Origin: Acidimicrobiales bacterium
Lineage (GTDB): Bacteria > Actinomycetota > Acidimicrobiia > Acidimicrobiales > Bin134
NCBI GenBank assembly: GCA_965208785.1
Contig: OZ242356.1
Coordinates: forward strand, 3,138,929-3,202,928
Direction of reading: 5' to 3'
Length of the DNA stretch: 64,000 nucleotides
The notes beneath the pieces are model-generated. The model did not search any database, had not been told where the DNA came from, and worked only from the letters and a program-made list of their open reading frames with translations. Below are positions 35,907 to 45,870 of the stretch, one piece after another. Within the stretch, counting starts at the first letter, position 1. The number at the start of each line of letters is the position of its first letter. The translations under genes and the position numbers were made by a program.

Positions 35907-36523
35907 TCAGTTTCCTGCGCTCTGCTGAGCAGATTCGGTGGCCTCGGCCTCTTCAGCCGGTTGGCGAGCAGCCCTGGCGGCCTGCTTGCGGGACTGCCTC
36001 TTCGCCGGCCCCAGCACCATGACCATGTTGCGGCCGTCCAGCCTCGGATATACCTCGACCTTGGCCACTTCTTCCACCTCAGCGGCAATGTCGTCGAGAA
36101 TGCGCCTCCCCAACTCGGGATGCTGCACCTCGCGGCCGCGGAACATGATCGTGACCTTTACTTTGTAGCCTTCCTCGAGAAAGCTCCGCACCTTGCGCGT
36201 CTTGGTGTGGAAGTCGCCCGGTCCGATCTTGGGCCGGTACTTCATCTCCTTGACGATGATGTTGGTGCTGTTTCGCCGGGACTCCTTGGCCCGTTGGGCG
36301 GCTTCGTACTTGTACTTGCCGTAGTCCATGATCCGGCACACCGGCGGGCTCGCCTTCTCAGCGACCTCCACCAGGTCTAAGCCGGCTTCACGGGCCATGT
36401 CCAACGCCTCTGGCAGCAGGCGAATGCCTATCTGCTGTCCATCCTGATCCACGAGCCGAACCTCATGTGCTCTGATCCGGTCGTTGATCCGGGGCTCAGC
36501 ATCTGCCGAGGCTATGGCCGATC
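35907..36523 (-). CDS. infC: Translation initiation factor IF-3
   Basis: [23 protein letters not shown] lies upstream of the listed start and continues with [10 protein letters not shown]...IMFRGRE. The true start is probably a non-ATG codon: GTG 36523, or ATC/ATA at 36520/36514. Confidence 0.9.
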
Positions 36524-36678
36524 ACCGCTCTGCAATGCGCAAAATCCTCTCTCTCGACTATGGGAATGGCCCGCTGGAATCGGATGCGATTCCGTTTGCG
36601 CGCCAAAGTTGCGGGGTAACAGTATCAGCGTTGAGGGACAATCACGCCAGACGAGGCAAAAAGGAGTTGTAGACGACC

Positions 36679-37140
36679 ATGAGCACACTGTGGACACCAG
36701 GCGGAGAAATACCGGTTGACGACGGCAGGGGGCAGTCGGCGGCGCCCCCGCCGCAGGCACCTCCCGAGCCGGCGGAGGACCCGCTGGCCGGGCTGAGCGA
36801 GGAAGAGAGGGCCCAGGCGGAGGAGCTGGCCCAGCAGCTAGCCGAGGCCCGGGAGCAGATCGCCCAGACGCCGGCGTCAGTGGTGGTGGGCAACCACGCC
36901 ATGGGCCTTTATGAACTGGGGGCCATCCACCTGAGCCAGCAGCCGCCCAACCTGGACGAGGCCCGGCTGGCCATCGACGCGCTCGGCGCGCTGGTCGACC
37001 GTCTCGAGGGTCGCCTCGGCGAGCACGAGGCCACGCTGAAGGACGCCCTTCACCAGATCCGCATGGCGTTTGTGCAGGTGTCGCGCCTGGTCGAGGACGC
37101 GGACGAGGCGACAGCAGACGATGGGGCTAGCGGGGAGTAA
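36679..37140 (+). CDS. DUF1844 domain protein
   Basis: VVGNHAMGLYELGAIHL...EARLAIDALGALV is typical of DUF1844. It is commonly found near infC in actinobacteria. Confidence 0.7.
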   Translation: MSTLWTPGGEIPVDDGRGQSAAPPPQAPPEPAEDPLAGLSEEERAQAEELAQQLAEAREQIAQTPASVVVGNHAMGLYELGAIHLSQQPPNLDEARLAIDALGALVDRLEGRLGEHEATLKDALHQIRMAFVQVSRLVEDADEATADDGASGE

Positions 37141-37351
37141 TCCCAGCCGCCTCCCACAGGCCCCGGTGCCCAGGGGCCAAGTGGAAGGTCACCGCGATGC
37201 CGGCCTCGATCACGCGGCTCCCGTCGGCAATCGCCGTGCAGTGGAACGGGTATGGGGCCCCGTCTTCAGCTTCCACCACGCCCCAGCCGGTGGCTGCGTC
37301 AAAGCCGGCAACCGTGCCGGCGAGGGGAGCGCCGCGGGCGGTCAGGCTCAA
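37127..37351 (-). CDS. Cold-shock-domain-like small protein
   Basis: GTVAGFDAATGWGVVEAEDGAPYPFHCTAI...GIAVTFHL is CSD-like. The TTG start overlaps the hisG stop (ATTGA). Confidence 0.45.
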   Translation of the reverse strand: MSLTARGAPLAGTVAGFDAATGWGVVEAEDGAPYPFHCTAIADGSRVIEAGIAVTFHLAPGHRGLWEAAGITPR

Positions 37352-38223
37352 TGGACGATCTTGGCCAGCGGCAGCTCGATGATGTCGCTGGCCCCGGCGT
37401 CGCGCAGATCGGGAATCAACACATTGATGTCGGTCTTGGGCACCACCGTCTCCACGGCATAGCCGTGTCCTCCGAACAGTTCGTTGACCGTGGGGGCCTT
37501 CATGGACGGCAGCAAGTCGATCACCTTGTCCAGGCTGGCCGCGGGCACGTTCATCTTCACCAGCACCTTGCCCCTGGCCTCCAGCACCCCGCCCAACAAG
37601 GTGTGGATCTGCTCCATGGCGTGGCGGCGATGGGGATCGGCGTAGCTGGCCGGATTGGCCACCAGCTCGGTGTAGGAGGTGAGGATGGTGTGGATGATCT
37701 TGAGGCCGGCAGCCCGCAGCGCCCGCCCCGTCTCGGTGATCTCCACCACCGCATCCACGATGTCGGGCGCCTTGGCCTCGGTGGCCCCATACGACAGGGC
37801 GATGTCGGCCTCGATGCCCAGGCCATCGAAGAACTGCTTGGTCAAGGCGGGGTACTCGCTGGAGATTTTCACGCCCTGGGGCAGGTCGCCCGCGGCCTCC
37901 CACGGTGAATCGCCGGGTACCGCCAGCACCATCCGTATGGGCCGGGAGGTGTTCTTGGAGTATCGCAGCTCCCCCAGCGACACCACTTCGCTGCCGGTCT
38001 CGGCCACCCAGTCCCGACCGGTTATGCCCAGATCGAACAGCCCGTCGGCCACGTAGCGGGGAATCTCCTGGGGCCGCAGGATGCGGACCTGGTCGATACG
38101 AGGGTCGTTGATGGTCCCCTTGTAGGCCACGTCTGAACTGCGCTGCACGGGGATGTCGGCGGCGTCGAAAAGCTCCAAAGTGGCCTTTTCCAGCGACCCC
38201 TTGGGCAGAACCAGCGAGAGCAT
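37348..38223 (-). CDS. hisG: ATP phosphoribosyltransferase (long form)
   Basis: MLSLVLPKGSLEKATLELF...GITGRDW...AVEITETGRALRAAGL, 291 aa from the ATG at 38223. Confidence 0.9.
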   Translation of the reverse strand: MLSLVLPKGSLEKATLELFDAADIPVQRSSDVAYKGTINDPRIDQVRILRPQEIPRYVADGLFDLGITGRDWVAETGSEVVSLGELRYSKNTSRPIRMVLAVPGDSPWEAAGDLPQGVKISSEYPALTKQFFDGLGIEADIALSYGATEAKAPDIVDAVVEITETGRALRAAGLKIIHTILTSYTELVANPASYADPHRRHAMEQIHTLLGGVLEARGKVLVKMNVPAASLDKVIDLLPSMKAPTVNELFGGHGYAVETVVPKTDINVLIPDLRDAGASDIIELPLAKIVH

Positions 38224-38269
38224 GGCCCCAACGCTACCGGGCTGCATGGCGGGGACTGGGGTCAATAGT

Positions 38270-39307
38270 TCAACCGCCAGCCAATCGGGACCGGAGGTCG
38301 ATGCGGAGGTCGGAGCCAAGCCGAGTGACGGCGGTGATCTCTCCACGCCACAAGTCTGCGATGGTGGAGGCACCGGCGCCGGTGAACATCGGGCGGCTGT
38401 CGTCGCCGCCGAACAGGGCCGGGGCCAGATACACGGCATAGTGGTCCGCAAAACCGGCCCGGTGAAAGGAGGCCGCGGTGGCCGCGCCCCCCTCGACCAG
38501 GAGCTGGACCACTCCCCGCTCCCCCAGCTCGCACAGCACCTGTTCCAGCGGCCCGCCCGTCTCCAGCGCAGGCTGTATGCGGGCGTCGGGCGGGGCTGAG
38601 CCCAACACCACTCGCAATGGCTGGCTGGTGCGAGGCGCCACACCGGTGGGCGGCTGCCAGTCGCGCACCGTCAGCGCAGGATCATCGGCCCGCACGGTGC
38701 CCGCTCCCACCAGAACCGCGTCGCTCTCGGCTCGGAGCCGATGGACATCGGCCCTGGCCTCAGGGCCGGTGACCCAGCGGCTGGTGGCATCGGGGGCGGC
38801 GATGCGGCCGTCCAGGGTGGCGGCCAGCTTCAGCACCACCCAGGGAAGCCCGGTTCGGCGGTGCTTCAGATACGGCGCCAGCAGCTCAGCGGCCTCAGCA
38901 GCCCGCACGCCCAGTTCCACGGTGATCCCAGACTCTCGAAGTGCAGCCACGCCCCGGCCCGAAACGGCGGGGTCGGGGTCCTCAACGGCCACCACCACCC
39001 GGGCGACCCCCGCGGCAACGATGGCCTCGGTACACGGACCAGTGCGGCCCCGGTGAGCGCAGGGCTCCAGAGTGGTGTACAGGTCGGCGCCCCGGGCCAG
39101 CGGCCCAGCCGACTCCAAGGCGTTGACCTCGGCGTGATTGCCGCCCGGTGGCGAGGTGGCTCCGATGAACTGATCCTTACCGGCATCGATCGCGCATCCC
39201 ACCCACGGATTGGGAGAGGCGACCAGTCGACAGGAGCGGGCCGCCTCCAGGGCCAAGCCCATCATGCGACCGCTGCGGATTGCTTGGTCGCCTTGAGCGG
39301 TAGTCAA
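38270..39307 (-). CDS. ribD: Bifunctional riboflavin biosynthesis deaminase/reductase
   Basis: Deaminase motifs HAEVNAL and PCAHRGRTGPC, followed by a RibD_C reductase domain. The TTG start at 39307 overlaps the mog stop, so the start is uncertain. Confidence 0.85.
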   Translation of the reverse strand: MTTAQGDQAIRSGRMMGLALEAARSCRLVASPNPWVGCAIDAGKDQFIGATSPPGGNHAEVNALESAGPLARGADLYTTLEPCAHRGRTGPCTEAIVAAGVARVVVAVEDPDPAVSGRGVAALRESGITVELGVRAAEAAELLAPYLKHRRTGLPWVVLKLAATLDGRIAAPDATSRWVTGPEARADVHRLRAESDAVLVGAGTVRADDPALTVRDWQPPTGVAPRTSQPLRVVLGSAPPDARIQPALETGGPLEQVLCELGERGVVQLLVEGGAATAASFHRAGFADHYAVYLAPALFGGDDSRPMFTGAGASTIADLWRGEITAVTRLGSDLRIDLRSRLAGG

Positions 39308-39792
39308 TGCTCGGTGGGCTGGTCGGCCAATAGGCGCAGGGCGTGGGGAACCACGTCGAGCACTGCACCCAGGCACTCCACCGATCCTTTGGGAGAGCCG
39401 GGCAGGTTCACGATCAGCGCCGTGCCCCTGGTGCCGGCGATGGCCCGCGACAGGCGCCCGAACGGGCTCACCAGCCGGGAGGCTTCGGCCAAGCCGTCGG
39501 CCCGGCGCTCCAACACGGCGGCGGTGCCCTCAGGAGTGAGATCACGGGGTCCGAAGCCCGTGCCCCCGGTGGTGACGATGAGGCCGGCGAACCCCTCAGA
39601 CATGTCCACCAGGGCATCGCGCACCGACTCGACGCCGTCCTCAACTGCCCGGCGGTCGGCAATCTCGTAGCCCTCGCCAGCGAGCATCTCCACCAGGGCA
39701 TCGCCCGAGCCGTCTTGGCGGGTGCCCGCGATCACGCCGTCCGACACAGTCAGTACTTTGGCGGCCAGACCCGCCGTTTCAAGATCAGCCAT
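39304..39792 (-). CDS. mog: Molybdopterin adenylyltransferase MogA/MoaB family
   Basis: LTVSDG...GLIVTTGGTGFGPRDLTPE. Confidence 0.8.
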   Translation of the reverse strand: MADLETAGLAAKVLTVSDGVIAGTRQDGSGDALVEMLAGEGYEIADRRAVEDGVESVRDALVDMSEGFAGLIVTTGGTGFGPRDLTPEGTAAVLERRADGLAEASRLVSPFGRLSRAIAGTRGTALIVNLPGSPKGSVECLGAVLDVVPHALRLLADQPTEH

Positions 39793-39803
39793 TGCCGGTC
39801 ACA

Positions 39804-40940
39804 CTACCCACCGGGAGTCTTGTAGATGACAGCGAACATCCCGTCGGTGCTGTGGTCTTGGGGAAGGACGAGGGCGCCGCGGCCGTGGGGGCGCCAGCGA
39901 GGGGCGGCGATGGGGACTGCGACGGCATCGGGGTGCTCTCGGGCCACCAATTGGTCGATGGCCACGGTCTCGGCCTTGGTCATGGTGCAGACGCTGTAGA
40001 CCACCACTCCCCCCGGGCGGACGAGGCCGAATGCAGAGCAGACCAGCTCTGCCTGGAGAAGGGCCAGTTCCTCCACATCTTCGGGTGTTATCCGCCAGCG
40101 GGCGTCGGCCCGCCGCCCCAGCACCCCCAGTCCCGAGCAGGGGGCGTCCACCAGCACCCGGTCGAAAGTGCCGGGGCGAAATGGCGCCTGGAAGCCGTTG
40201 GCGGCCACCACTCCCGCCAAAAGAGCGCCGGTCTTGGCGGCGTTGGCCGCCACCAATCGGGCCCGATGCCGACGATGATCAGCCGCCACCACTGCGGCTC
40301 GACTGCGGGCCATGGCCGTTGCTTTGCCTCCTGGGCCGGCGCACATGTCCAGCACCCGCTCTCCCGGCTGAGGGCCGACCAACTCGGCCACCCATTGCGA
40401 AGCCTGGTCCTGGGTGTAGCCGTCGAGCCGAACGGTGACCGGTGGCGGCCGGTTCATGTGCTCCAACGCGTCGTGGGCATCGTCAGCACCAAGATCAAGT
40501 TCCAGCCGTTCAACAACCCAGTCCGGATAGCTGAGCCGGATCGCCTCGGCAGGCCAAGCGGCCTCCAGGTCGGCCACCCGCCGCAAGACGGCGTTGACGA
40601 ATCCCCGTTGGCGGCGGGACGCGGCCTGGACGGTCTCGCTCACCGCGGCATAGGCCGGGGTGCCCATCATGTGCAGCTGGTAGGCCCCAACCCGCAGCAG
40701 GTTGCGGGTGGCGAGATCAGGCGGGTCGGCCACAAAGCCGTCAATGAGGTGGTCAAGGGCCCGGCGCATGCGGGTGACCCCGTAGACCAACTCGGTGATG
40801 AGCCCGGCATCGCGTTCGGGCAAATCGGCTGAGGCCAATACCAGGTTGGCAAAAGCGCCGTCGCCCTCAATCCGGTCGAGGAGCTGGGCTGCGACGGCTC
40901 GGGCATTCCCCGACGCCCCACCCGATGGGGGGCGGCTCAC
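39804..40940 (-). CDS. rsmB: 16S rRNA (cytosine-C5)-methyltransferase RsmB/Sun family
   Basis: LDMCAGPGGKAT, DRVLVDAPCSGLGVLGRR and PGGVVVYSVCT. The GTG start overlaps the fmt stop (GTGA). Confidence 0.8.
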   Translation of the reverse strand: MSRPPSGGASGNARAVAAQLLDRIEGDGAFANLVLASADLPERDAGLITELVYGVTRMRRALDHLIDGFVADPPDLATRNLLRVGAYQLHMMGTPAYAAVSETVQAASRRQRGFVNAVLRRVADLEAAWPAEAIRLSYPDWVVERLELDLGADDAHDALEHMNRPPPVTVRLDGYTQDQASQWVAELVGPQPGERVLDMCAGPGGKATAMARSRAAVVAADHRRHRARLVAANAAKTGALLAGVVAANGFQAPFRPGTFDRVLVDAPCSGLGVLGRRADARWRITPEDVEELALLQAELVCSAFGLVRPGGVVVYSVCTMTKAETVAIDQLVAREHPDAVAVPIAAPRWRPHGRGALVLPQDHSTDGMFAVIYKTPGG

Positions 40941-41818
40941 GACCCGAGCCGGTCGCTCGGCGTCAGGCGGGCCCCCCGGAGCCAGTCCTCGGCGGCTTGG
41001 CGCGCCTTGCCCTCGGCCTGCACTTCGACCAGGCGCAGCAGACCGTGGCCGGTACCGACGACAGGTCCTTGGAGTTCGCCCGGCGGATGGGATCCTTCGA
41101 CTGGGTGGGCCGACCAGACTTTCAAGGTCTTGCCTCGCCACATCGTCCACGCCCCGCCCACCCGGACTTGGCGATGCAGGAACTCCGCCGGTTGCCCCCA
41201 GTCGAGGTGAAGCTCGTCTCGGGTGATCTTGGCGGCGTACACCGGCTCGCCCTGCTGGGGCTGGGGCGCGCCCAGGCCATCGCGCAGCGCGCTCACCAAC
41301 ATGGGAACCGCGGCGTCCACCAGATCAGCCCGCAGCGATGCCGCGGTCGCGTCAGGGGCGATGGGCACCTCGACCCGGCGGTACACCCGACCGGTGTCGA
41401 GCCTCTCGGCCACCTCCATCAGACACACCCCGGCGGTCTGGTCACCGGCCAGGATGGCCCGCTCCACCGGGGCCGCCCCCCGCCACCGGGGCAGCAGCGA
41501 GAAGTGAACGTTGACCATGGCCAACCGGTTGAGGATGTGAGGCCTGATGATCTGCCCGAAGGCCACCACCACCCCCAGGTCGGCATCGGAGCCCAACACG
41601 TCGTCCGCTTCGGAGGAAACCGGAATGCCCAGATTCTGAGCCGAGGCCTTCACCGGGCTGGGAGTGGGACCGGCCCGCCGCCCGCGGCGCTTGTCGGCCC
41701 CGGTCACCGCCAAGGCCACCTCGAATCCGGCCTCCCCCAGCGCCTCCAAGAACGGCACCGACTCCTCAGGAGTGCCGAGGTAGACGAGCCGGCGAATGTC
41801 CGCCGGCGGGTCGATCAC
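40937..41818 (-). CDS. fmt: Methionyl-tRNA formyltransferase
   Basis: VNVHFSLLPRWRGAAPVERAI. Located in a def-fmt operon. Confidence 0.9.
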   Translation of the reverse strand: MIDPPADIRRLVYLGTPEESVPFLEALGEAGFEVALAVTGADKRRGRRAGPTPSPVKASAQNLGIPVSSEADDVLGSDADLGVVVAFGQIIRPHILNRLAMVNVHFSLLPRWRGAAPVERAILAGDQTAGVCLMEVAERLDTGRVYRRVEVPIAPDATAASLRADLVDAAVPMLVSALRDGLGAPQPQQGEPVYAAKITRDELHLDWGQPAEFLHRQVRVGGAWTMWRGKTLKVWSAHPVEGSHPPGELQGPVVGTGHGLLRLVEVQAEGKARQAAEDWLRGARLTPSDRLGS

Positions 41819-42348
41819 GGCAGCGACAGCCCGTCGCCGGCACCAGGTGGGCGACTCGGCCCACTCATGGCCCGCTCTCGGAGAATGCGCTTGGCCTCCC
41901 GGCGCTGGTCCTCGTCCAGGTAGTCGAGCAGGATCTTGCCCGCCAGGTGGTCGAGCTCGTGCTGGAATAGGCGAGCCTCGAGATCCTCGGCCTCAAGACT
42001 TACCTCGCTGCCGTCCAGGTCATAGCCCTTCAAATGGATGCTGCGGGGGCGGACGATCTCCCACGACAGCTCGGGCACCGACAGGCAGCCCTCGTTGTAG
42101 GTCCACTCCCCGTCGCTCTCGGTGATCTCGGGGTTGACCAGCACGCCGGGCCCCTCCCCGAAGTCGTACACGAAGAACCGCTGCGACACCCCCACCTGCG
42201 GTGCGGCCAAGCCGATGCCGGGTGCCTCGTACATGGCGGCGAGCATCTCCTGGCACAGATCGGCCATGGCGCCGTCGATGTCGGTCACATCTTCGGCCAC
42301 GCGCCGCAGCACCGGATCGCCATACACCCGTATCCGCAGTGGGGCCAT
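41815..42348 (-). CDS. def: Peptide deformylase
   Basis: GIGLAAPQVG, EGCLSVP and HELDHLAG. Confidence 0.95.
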   Translation of the reverse strand: MAPLRIRVYGDPVLRRVAEDVTDIDGAMADLCQEMLAAMYEAPGIGLAAPQVGVSQRFFVYDFGEGPGVLVNPEITESDGEWTYNEGCLSVPELSWEIVRPRSIHLKGYDLDGSEVSLEAEDLEARLFQHELDHLAGKILLDYLDEDQRREAKRILRERAMSGPSRPPGAGDGLSLP

Positions 42349-42370
42349 CGTTTCAGGTTACCGTCAATCC

Positions 42371-42970
42371 GTGGGCGACTCGCATTACTTCAGCGCCTCA
42401 CCGGGCGGGAGACGGCGGCCGGGAACCGTCGGTTTGCGGGTGGGAGATCTGGATGTGGAACTGGCCACCGACCGAGGGGTGTTCTCCCCCGATGAGCTGG
42501 ACTTCGGCACTCGATACCTGTTGGCCGAAGCGCCCCGTCCGCCTCAAAACGGCGCATTGCTGGACCTGGGCTGCGGCTATGGGCCCATTGCGGTGGCACT
42601 GGGCCAGTGGGCGCCCCAGGCCCCGCTGTGGGCTGTTGACGTGAACCCCCGGGCGCTGGAGCTGTGCCGAGCCAACCTGGATCGCCACGGCCGCCCCGAC
42701 GCCGCGGCGTGCCTTCCCGACGACGTGCCCCCCGATGCGCGCTTTGCCGCCATCTACTCCAACCCGCCCATCCGCATCGGCAAGGTCGCCTTGCACGAGG
42801 TGCTGGCAACTTGGCTGGGCCGATTGGCCACCGAGGGCCGGGCCTACCTGGTGGTGAACAAGAACCTGGGCTCAGATTCCCTGGCCCGATGGCTCAGCCA
42901 ACAGGGCTGGCCCACCACCCGGCTGAGCTCCCGCCGCGGCTACCGGATCCTGGAGATTAGGAACAGCTAA
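42371..42970 (+). CDS. Class I SAM-dependent methyltransferase (RsmC/MTS-type)
   Basis: Start inferred at GTG 42371 (VGDSHYFSASP). Motifs TDRGVFS, LLDLGCGYGPI and YSNPPIR. Confidence 0.7.
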   Translation: MGDSHYFSASPGGRRRPGTVGLRVGDLDVELATDRGVFSPDELDFGTRYLLAEAPRPPQNGALLDLGCGYGPIAVALGQWAPQAPLWAVDVNPRALELCRANLDRHGRPDAAACLPDDVPPDARFAAIYSNPPIRIGKVALHEVLATWLGRLATEGRAYLVVNKNLGSDSLARWLSQQGWPTTRLSSRRGYRILEIRNS

Positions 42971-44679
42971 ATCGCCCTGATGGGGTCGACGTCGATGCGG
43001 AGCCGGCCGCTTGGGCGCTCCACTGAGGCGAGGGCATCGCAGAGGGTGTTGTAGTCGGGGGCTCGCAGGAAGAACTGGCCGCCGGGGTCGGGGGCGATCT
43101 GAATACCCAACGGGGCGCCGAATCGCGCCATGTATTCCCCGGCCTCCGGCCCTGAAACCACGGCGATGGCGCCGTAGGGAGGCAGGCCCAGCTCTTGGCG
43201 GCGGTCTCGCTCATAGCGGGCCAGCAGCGCCGCGTCAGCCCGGAGCGCGGCGGTCACCACGGGGTCGTCGGGCAGGCGGGTTTGCAGCACGATCTTCCCG
43301 CCAGACTCACGGGGCCCGGTGATCCGGGCGGCTCGGGCAATGAGAGCCAACGCCTGCTCTCGGGCCCGGAATCGGGGAGCCAGCAGCTCTTGGTCGAACT
43401 CCAGGAAAGCGACCACATCGAACGGTCGGCCCAAGTGCAGCACCGCCTCGGTGCCCACCACCACCCGGGCCGTGGGCGGGCCGACATAGCCGCCGCCGGT
43501 GGCCTCGGCCACTGGCGTGCGAACCAGCGCCTCGATCTCCTCGCGAACCCGCTTGATCCCGGCCCGCAGGTTGCGCATCGCGGTGCTGCCGCACTCTGCG
43601 CACACGGTCGGGCGGCTGTGGCCGGCCGACCGGCACACCAAGCGCTTGTCGTCGTCCTGGCGCATGGGCGCCCCGCACTCGGCACACACGGCGAGTTCGC
43701 CGCACACCCGGCAGGCCAGCAGCAGCGACCGGCCCCGGCGGTTCAGCACGCAAGCCGCCCGCCCCCCGCCGCGCAGCGCCTGGACCAGCTTCGGCGAGTA
43801 CAGGCCGGCGCGCCCCGGGTCCTCGCTGCGGCGGTCCACCACATCCACCTGCGGCCAGCCGGCCCGCTCGGTGCCCCGCGATGGGCGCATCACCGGCCGG
43901 GACCGCAGCGCCTCCAAGGAGGGCACCGGCGACAGCAGCACGCAGGGCACGCCCGCCCGCCGGGCCCGCTCGACGGCGACGTCTCGGCCGCTCCACGTGG
44001 GGGCCGACTCTGAGCGATACGACTCGTCGTGCTCGTCAACCACCACCACTGCGGCCAGATCAGGGGCCGGCGCCCACGCAGCCGACACCGTGCCCACCAC
44101 GGTGGCCCCCGCCGCGGCCGCGGCCCAGCCTTCCGGGTATCGCACGGCCCACACCCCTTCCCTTCCCAACCTCCTTGCCAACTCGTCAGCTCGGTCGTGG
44201 TCGGGCACCAACACCAGCGCCTGGCCTCGCGACGCGGCGACGAGCGCGATGGGCAAAGGATCGTCGGAGGGCCCCTGGCGCAGGGTGCGGCCCTCTCCCT
44301 CAAAGAGATCGGGGTGGTCGCCTGAGGGCGCCGCCCGCGAGCGCGTGGGCCGGGGCAGGGCGGCCACCACTCGGGGAGGCGAGGCGGTCCGCAAGAAGTG
44401 GGCCCGGCGACCAGCCCATCGCCAGGCCGCCCATTGGCTCAGATCGATGAGCCCCCGGTCGGGTCCCCGGCTGCTCAGCTTGGCCAGCGGGGCGGGCTCC
44501 ACCCCTTCGGGGGATTCCACGCCCACTTCGGTGACCCAGCCCCCCACCCGGCGACCATGCAGCACCACCCGGACCATGGACCCCACCCCGAACCGGGGAT
44601 CGTCGGTCCAGCCCTTGGGGACCGTGTACGTGAACTCGCGGTCTATGGCAACAACGTCGGTCAGAACCCGAACGTTCAC
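42967..44679 (-). CDS. priA: Primosomal protein N' (PriA), actinobacterial type
   Basis: DExH box VVVVDEHDESY. Cys-rich zinc region CRVCGELAVCAECG...CAECGS. No canonical GxGKT is visible. Confidence 0.8.
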   Translation of the reverse strand: MNVRVLTDVVAIDREFTYTVPKGWTDDPRFGVGSMVRVVLHGRRVGGWVTEVGVESPEGVEPAPLAKLSSRGPDRGLIDLSQWAAWRWAGRRAHFLRTASPPRVVAALPRPTRSRAAPSGDHPDLFEGEGRTLRQGPSDDPLPIALVAASRGQALVLVPDHDRADELARRLGREGVWAVRYPEGWAAAAAGATVVGTVSAAWAPAPDLAAVVVVDEHDESYRSESAPTWSGRDVAVERARRAGVPCVLLSPVPSLEALRSRPVMRPSRGTERAGWPQVDVVDRRSEDPGRAGLYSPKLVQALRGGGRAACVLNRRGRSLLLACRVCGELAVCAECGAPMRQDDDKRLVCRSAGHSRPTVCAECGSTAMRNLRAGIKRVREEIEALVRTPVAEATGGGYVGPPTARVVVGTEAVLHLGRPFDVVAFLEFDQELLAPRFRAREQALALIARAARITGPRESGGKIVLQTRLPDDPVVTAALRADAALLARYERDRRQELGLPPYGAIAVVSGPEAGEYMARFGAPLGIQIAPDPGGQFFLRAPDYNTLCDALASVERPSGRLRIDVDPIRAI

Positions 44680-44694
44680 ATGGCCTACACCGAA

Positions 44695-45870
44695 CTAGAG
44701 GCCGAGGGCAGAACGGAGGTCGTCCACCCGATCGGCGCGCTCCCAGGTGAAGATGCTCTCAGGGGTGCGTCCGAAGTGGCCGTACGCCGCTGTGTTCCGG
44801 TAGATCGGCCGCAGCAGCTCCAAATCCCGAATGATGGCCGCCGGGCGCAGATCGAAGATCTCATTCACCTGGTGGCTGATCTTGGCCGGGTCCACCGCCT
44901 CGGTGCCGAAGGTCTCCACCATCACCGACATCGGGCGGGCGATGCCGATGGCATACGACACCTGCACCTCGCAGCGGGAAGCGGCGCCAGAGGCCACCAC
45001 GTTCTTGGCCACCCAGCGGGCCGCATACGCCGCCGAGCGGTCCACCTTGCTGGGATCCTTGCCCGAAAAGGCACCCCCGCCGTGGCGGGCCATGCCCCCG
45101 TAGGTGTCGACAATGATCTTGCGCCCGGTCAGGCCGGCATCGGCCACCGGCCCACCCCTCACGAACTTCCCGGTGGGATTGACCAGCACGTCGTAGTCGT
45201 CGTCGCGGAACTGCTCGGGAACCACTGGGTCGATCACCTGCTCTTTGAGGTCGTCCTTCATCTCGTTGAGATCGGTCCCGTCGCGGTGGTGGGCTGATAT
45301 CAGCACGGCGCTCAGCCCGACCGCCCTGGTTCCCTCGTACTCAAACGTCACCTGGCTCTTGCCGTCGGGCCTCAGGTAGGGCACACACCCCGACCGGCGG
45401 ACCTCGGTCAGGCGCTCGACCATTCGGTGGGCGATGTGGATGGGCAGCGGCATCAGCTCGGGGGTCTCATCGCAGGCGAACCCGAACATCATCCCCTGGT
45501 CGCCGGCCCCCTGCTCCAGCGGGTCGAGCCGGTCCACGCCCTGGGCAATGTCGGGAGACTGGTCGTCGATGGACACCATCACCCCGCAGGTGTTGCCGTC
45601 GAAGCCGTAGTCCTCCCGGTCGTACCCGATCCCGGTGATGGTGTCGCGCACCACCCGGGGGATGTCGATATACCCGTCGGTGGAGATCTCTCCGGCCACC
45701 ACCACCAGTCCGGTGGTGACCAGGGTCTCACACGCCACCCGGCTGCCGATGTCCACGGCCAGCAGGGCATCCAGCACTCCGTCGGATATCTGATCGGCGA
45801 TCTTGTCGGGATGGCCGCCGGTGACCGACTCAGACGTGAAGCGGTGTCGGCCATTTGACCCTTGGCTCAT
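44695..45870 (-). CDS. metK: S-adenosylmethionine synthase
   Basis: [28 protein letters not shown] and GGGAFSGKD. Confidence 0.95.
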   Translation of the reverse strand: MSQGSNGRHRFTSESVTGGHPDKIADQISDGVLDALLAVDIGSRVACETLVTTGLVVVAGEISTDGYIDIPRVVRDTITGIGYDREDYGFDGNTCGVMVSIDDQSPDIAQGVDRLDPLEQGAGDQGMMFGFACDETPELMPLPIHIAHRMVERLTEVRRSGCVPYLRPDGKSQVTFEYEGTRAVGLSAVLISAHHRDGTDLNEMKDDLKEQVIDPVVPEQFRDDDYDVLVNPTGKFVRGGPVADAGLTGRKIIVDTYGGMARHGGGAFSGKDPSKVDRSAAYAARWVAKNVVASGAASRCEVQVSYAIGIARPMSVMVETFGTEAVDPAKISHQVNEIFDLRPAAIIRDLELLRPIYRNTAAYGHFGRTPESIFTWERADRVDDLRSALGL

